In this document: positions 61,571-64,000 of the stretch, piece by piece
How the letters are laid out: each line of letters starts with the position of its first letter
Numbering within the stretch: position 1 is the first letter of the stretch
DNA from: an uncultured delta proteobacterium
GTDB lineage: Bacteria > Desulfobacterota > Binatia > Binatales > Binataceae
Length of the DNA stretch: 64,000 bases
Reading direction: 5' to 3'
Assembly: GCA_963842085.1 (NCBI GenBank)
Contig: CAWJET010000001.1
Coordinates: forward strand, 928,001 to 992,000
Program-made: the position numbers and the translations under genes
Notes under the pieces: generated by a model
The model's input: only the letters and a program-made list of their open reading frames with translations
The model's database searches: none
Told to the model about the DNA's origin: nothing

Positions 61571-62758
<1,188 letters not shown>

Positions 62759-62825
62759 CAGCTACGGCAACCCGTTTCACCAAACCAAATAAAAACTTTC
62801 GTGAAAAAGACTTTCGGAGTTTTGA

Positions 62826-64000
<1,175 letters not shown>

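Overview
GC-rich bacterial DNA in two parts; the gene content suggests a soil Deltaproteobacteria-like or Binatota-like organism (inference only). Bases ~411-37779 are a heavily rearranged accessory mosaic. It holds catabolic enzymes, a STAND ATPase-cyclase, and a sulfatase/outer-membrane-barrel operon broken by a ~270 bp inversion and an apparent ~16 kb inversion. It also holds a 13-gene HxlR/GST/SDR/MoaA/molybdoenzyme cluster with six copies of one operator-like motif, an ssb-ardC leading-region remnant, an IS, a MITE, four copies of a ~51 bp TGT...ACA palindrome, and two tRNA-3'-like sites. Bases 37780-64000 are mostly core genes (prx, rpoZ, rpoH, hldE, murJ, hemW, class I lysS, ptsH, metK, ahcY). 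The best hidden signals are: (1) an ArsC/Spx-family selenoprotein (UxxC plus SECIS-like hairpin) missed by the ORF track and bracketed by ~75 bp inverted repeats; (2) the frame-preserving 51 bp palindromic element inside coding sequences; (3) the operator-defined HxlR regulon. No CRISPR array, rRNA or complete tRNA was found. All calls come from reading motifs by eye; no searches were run.
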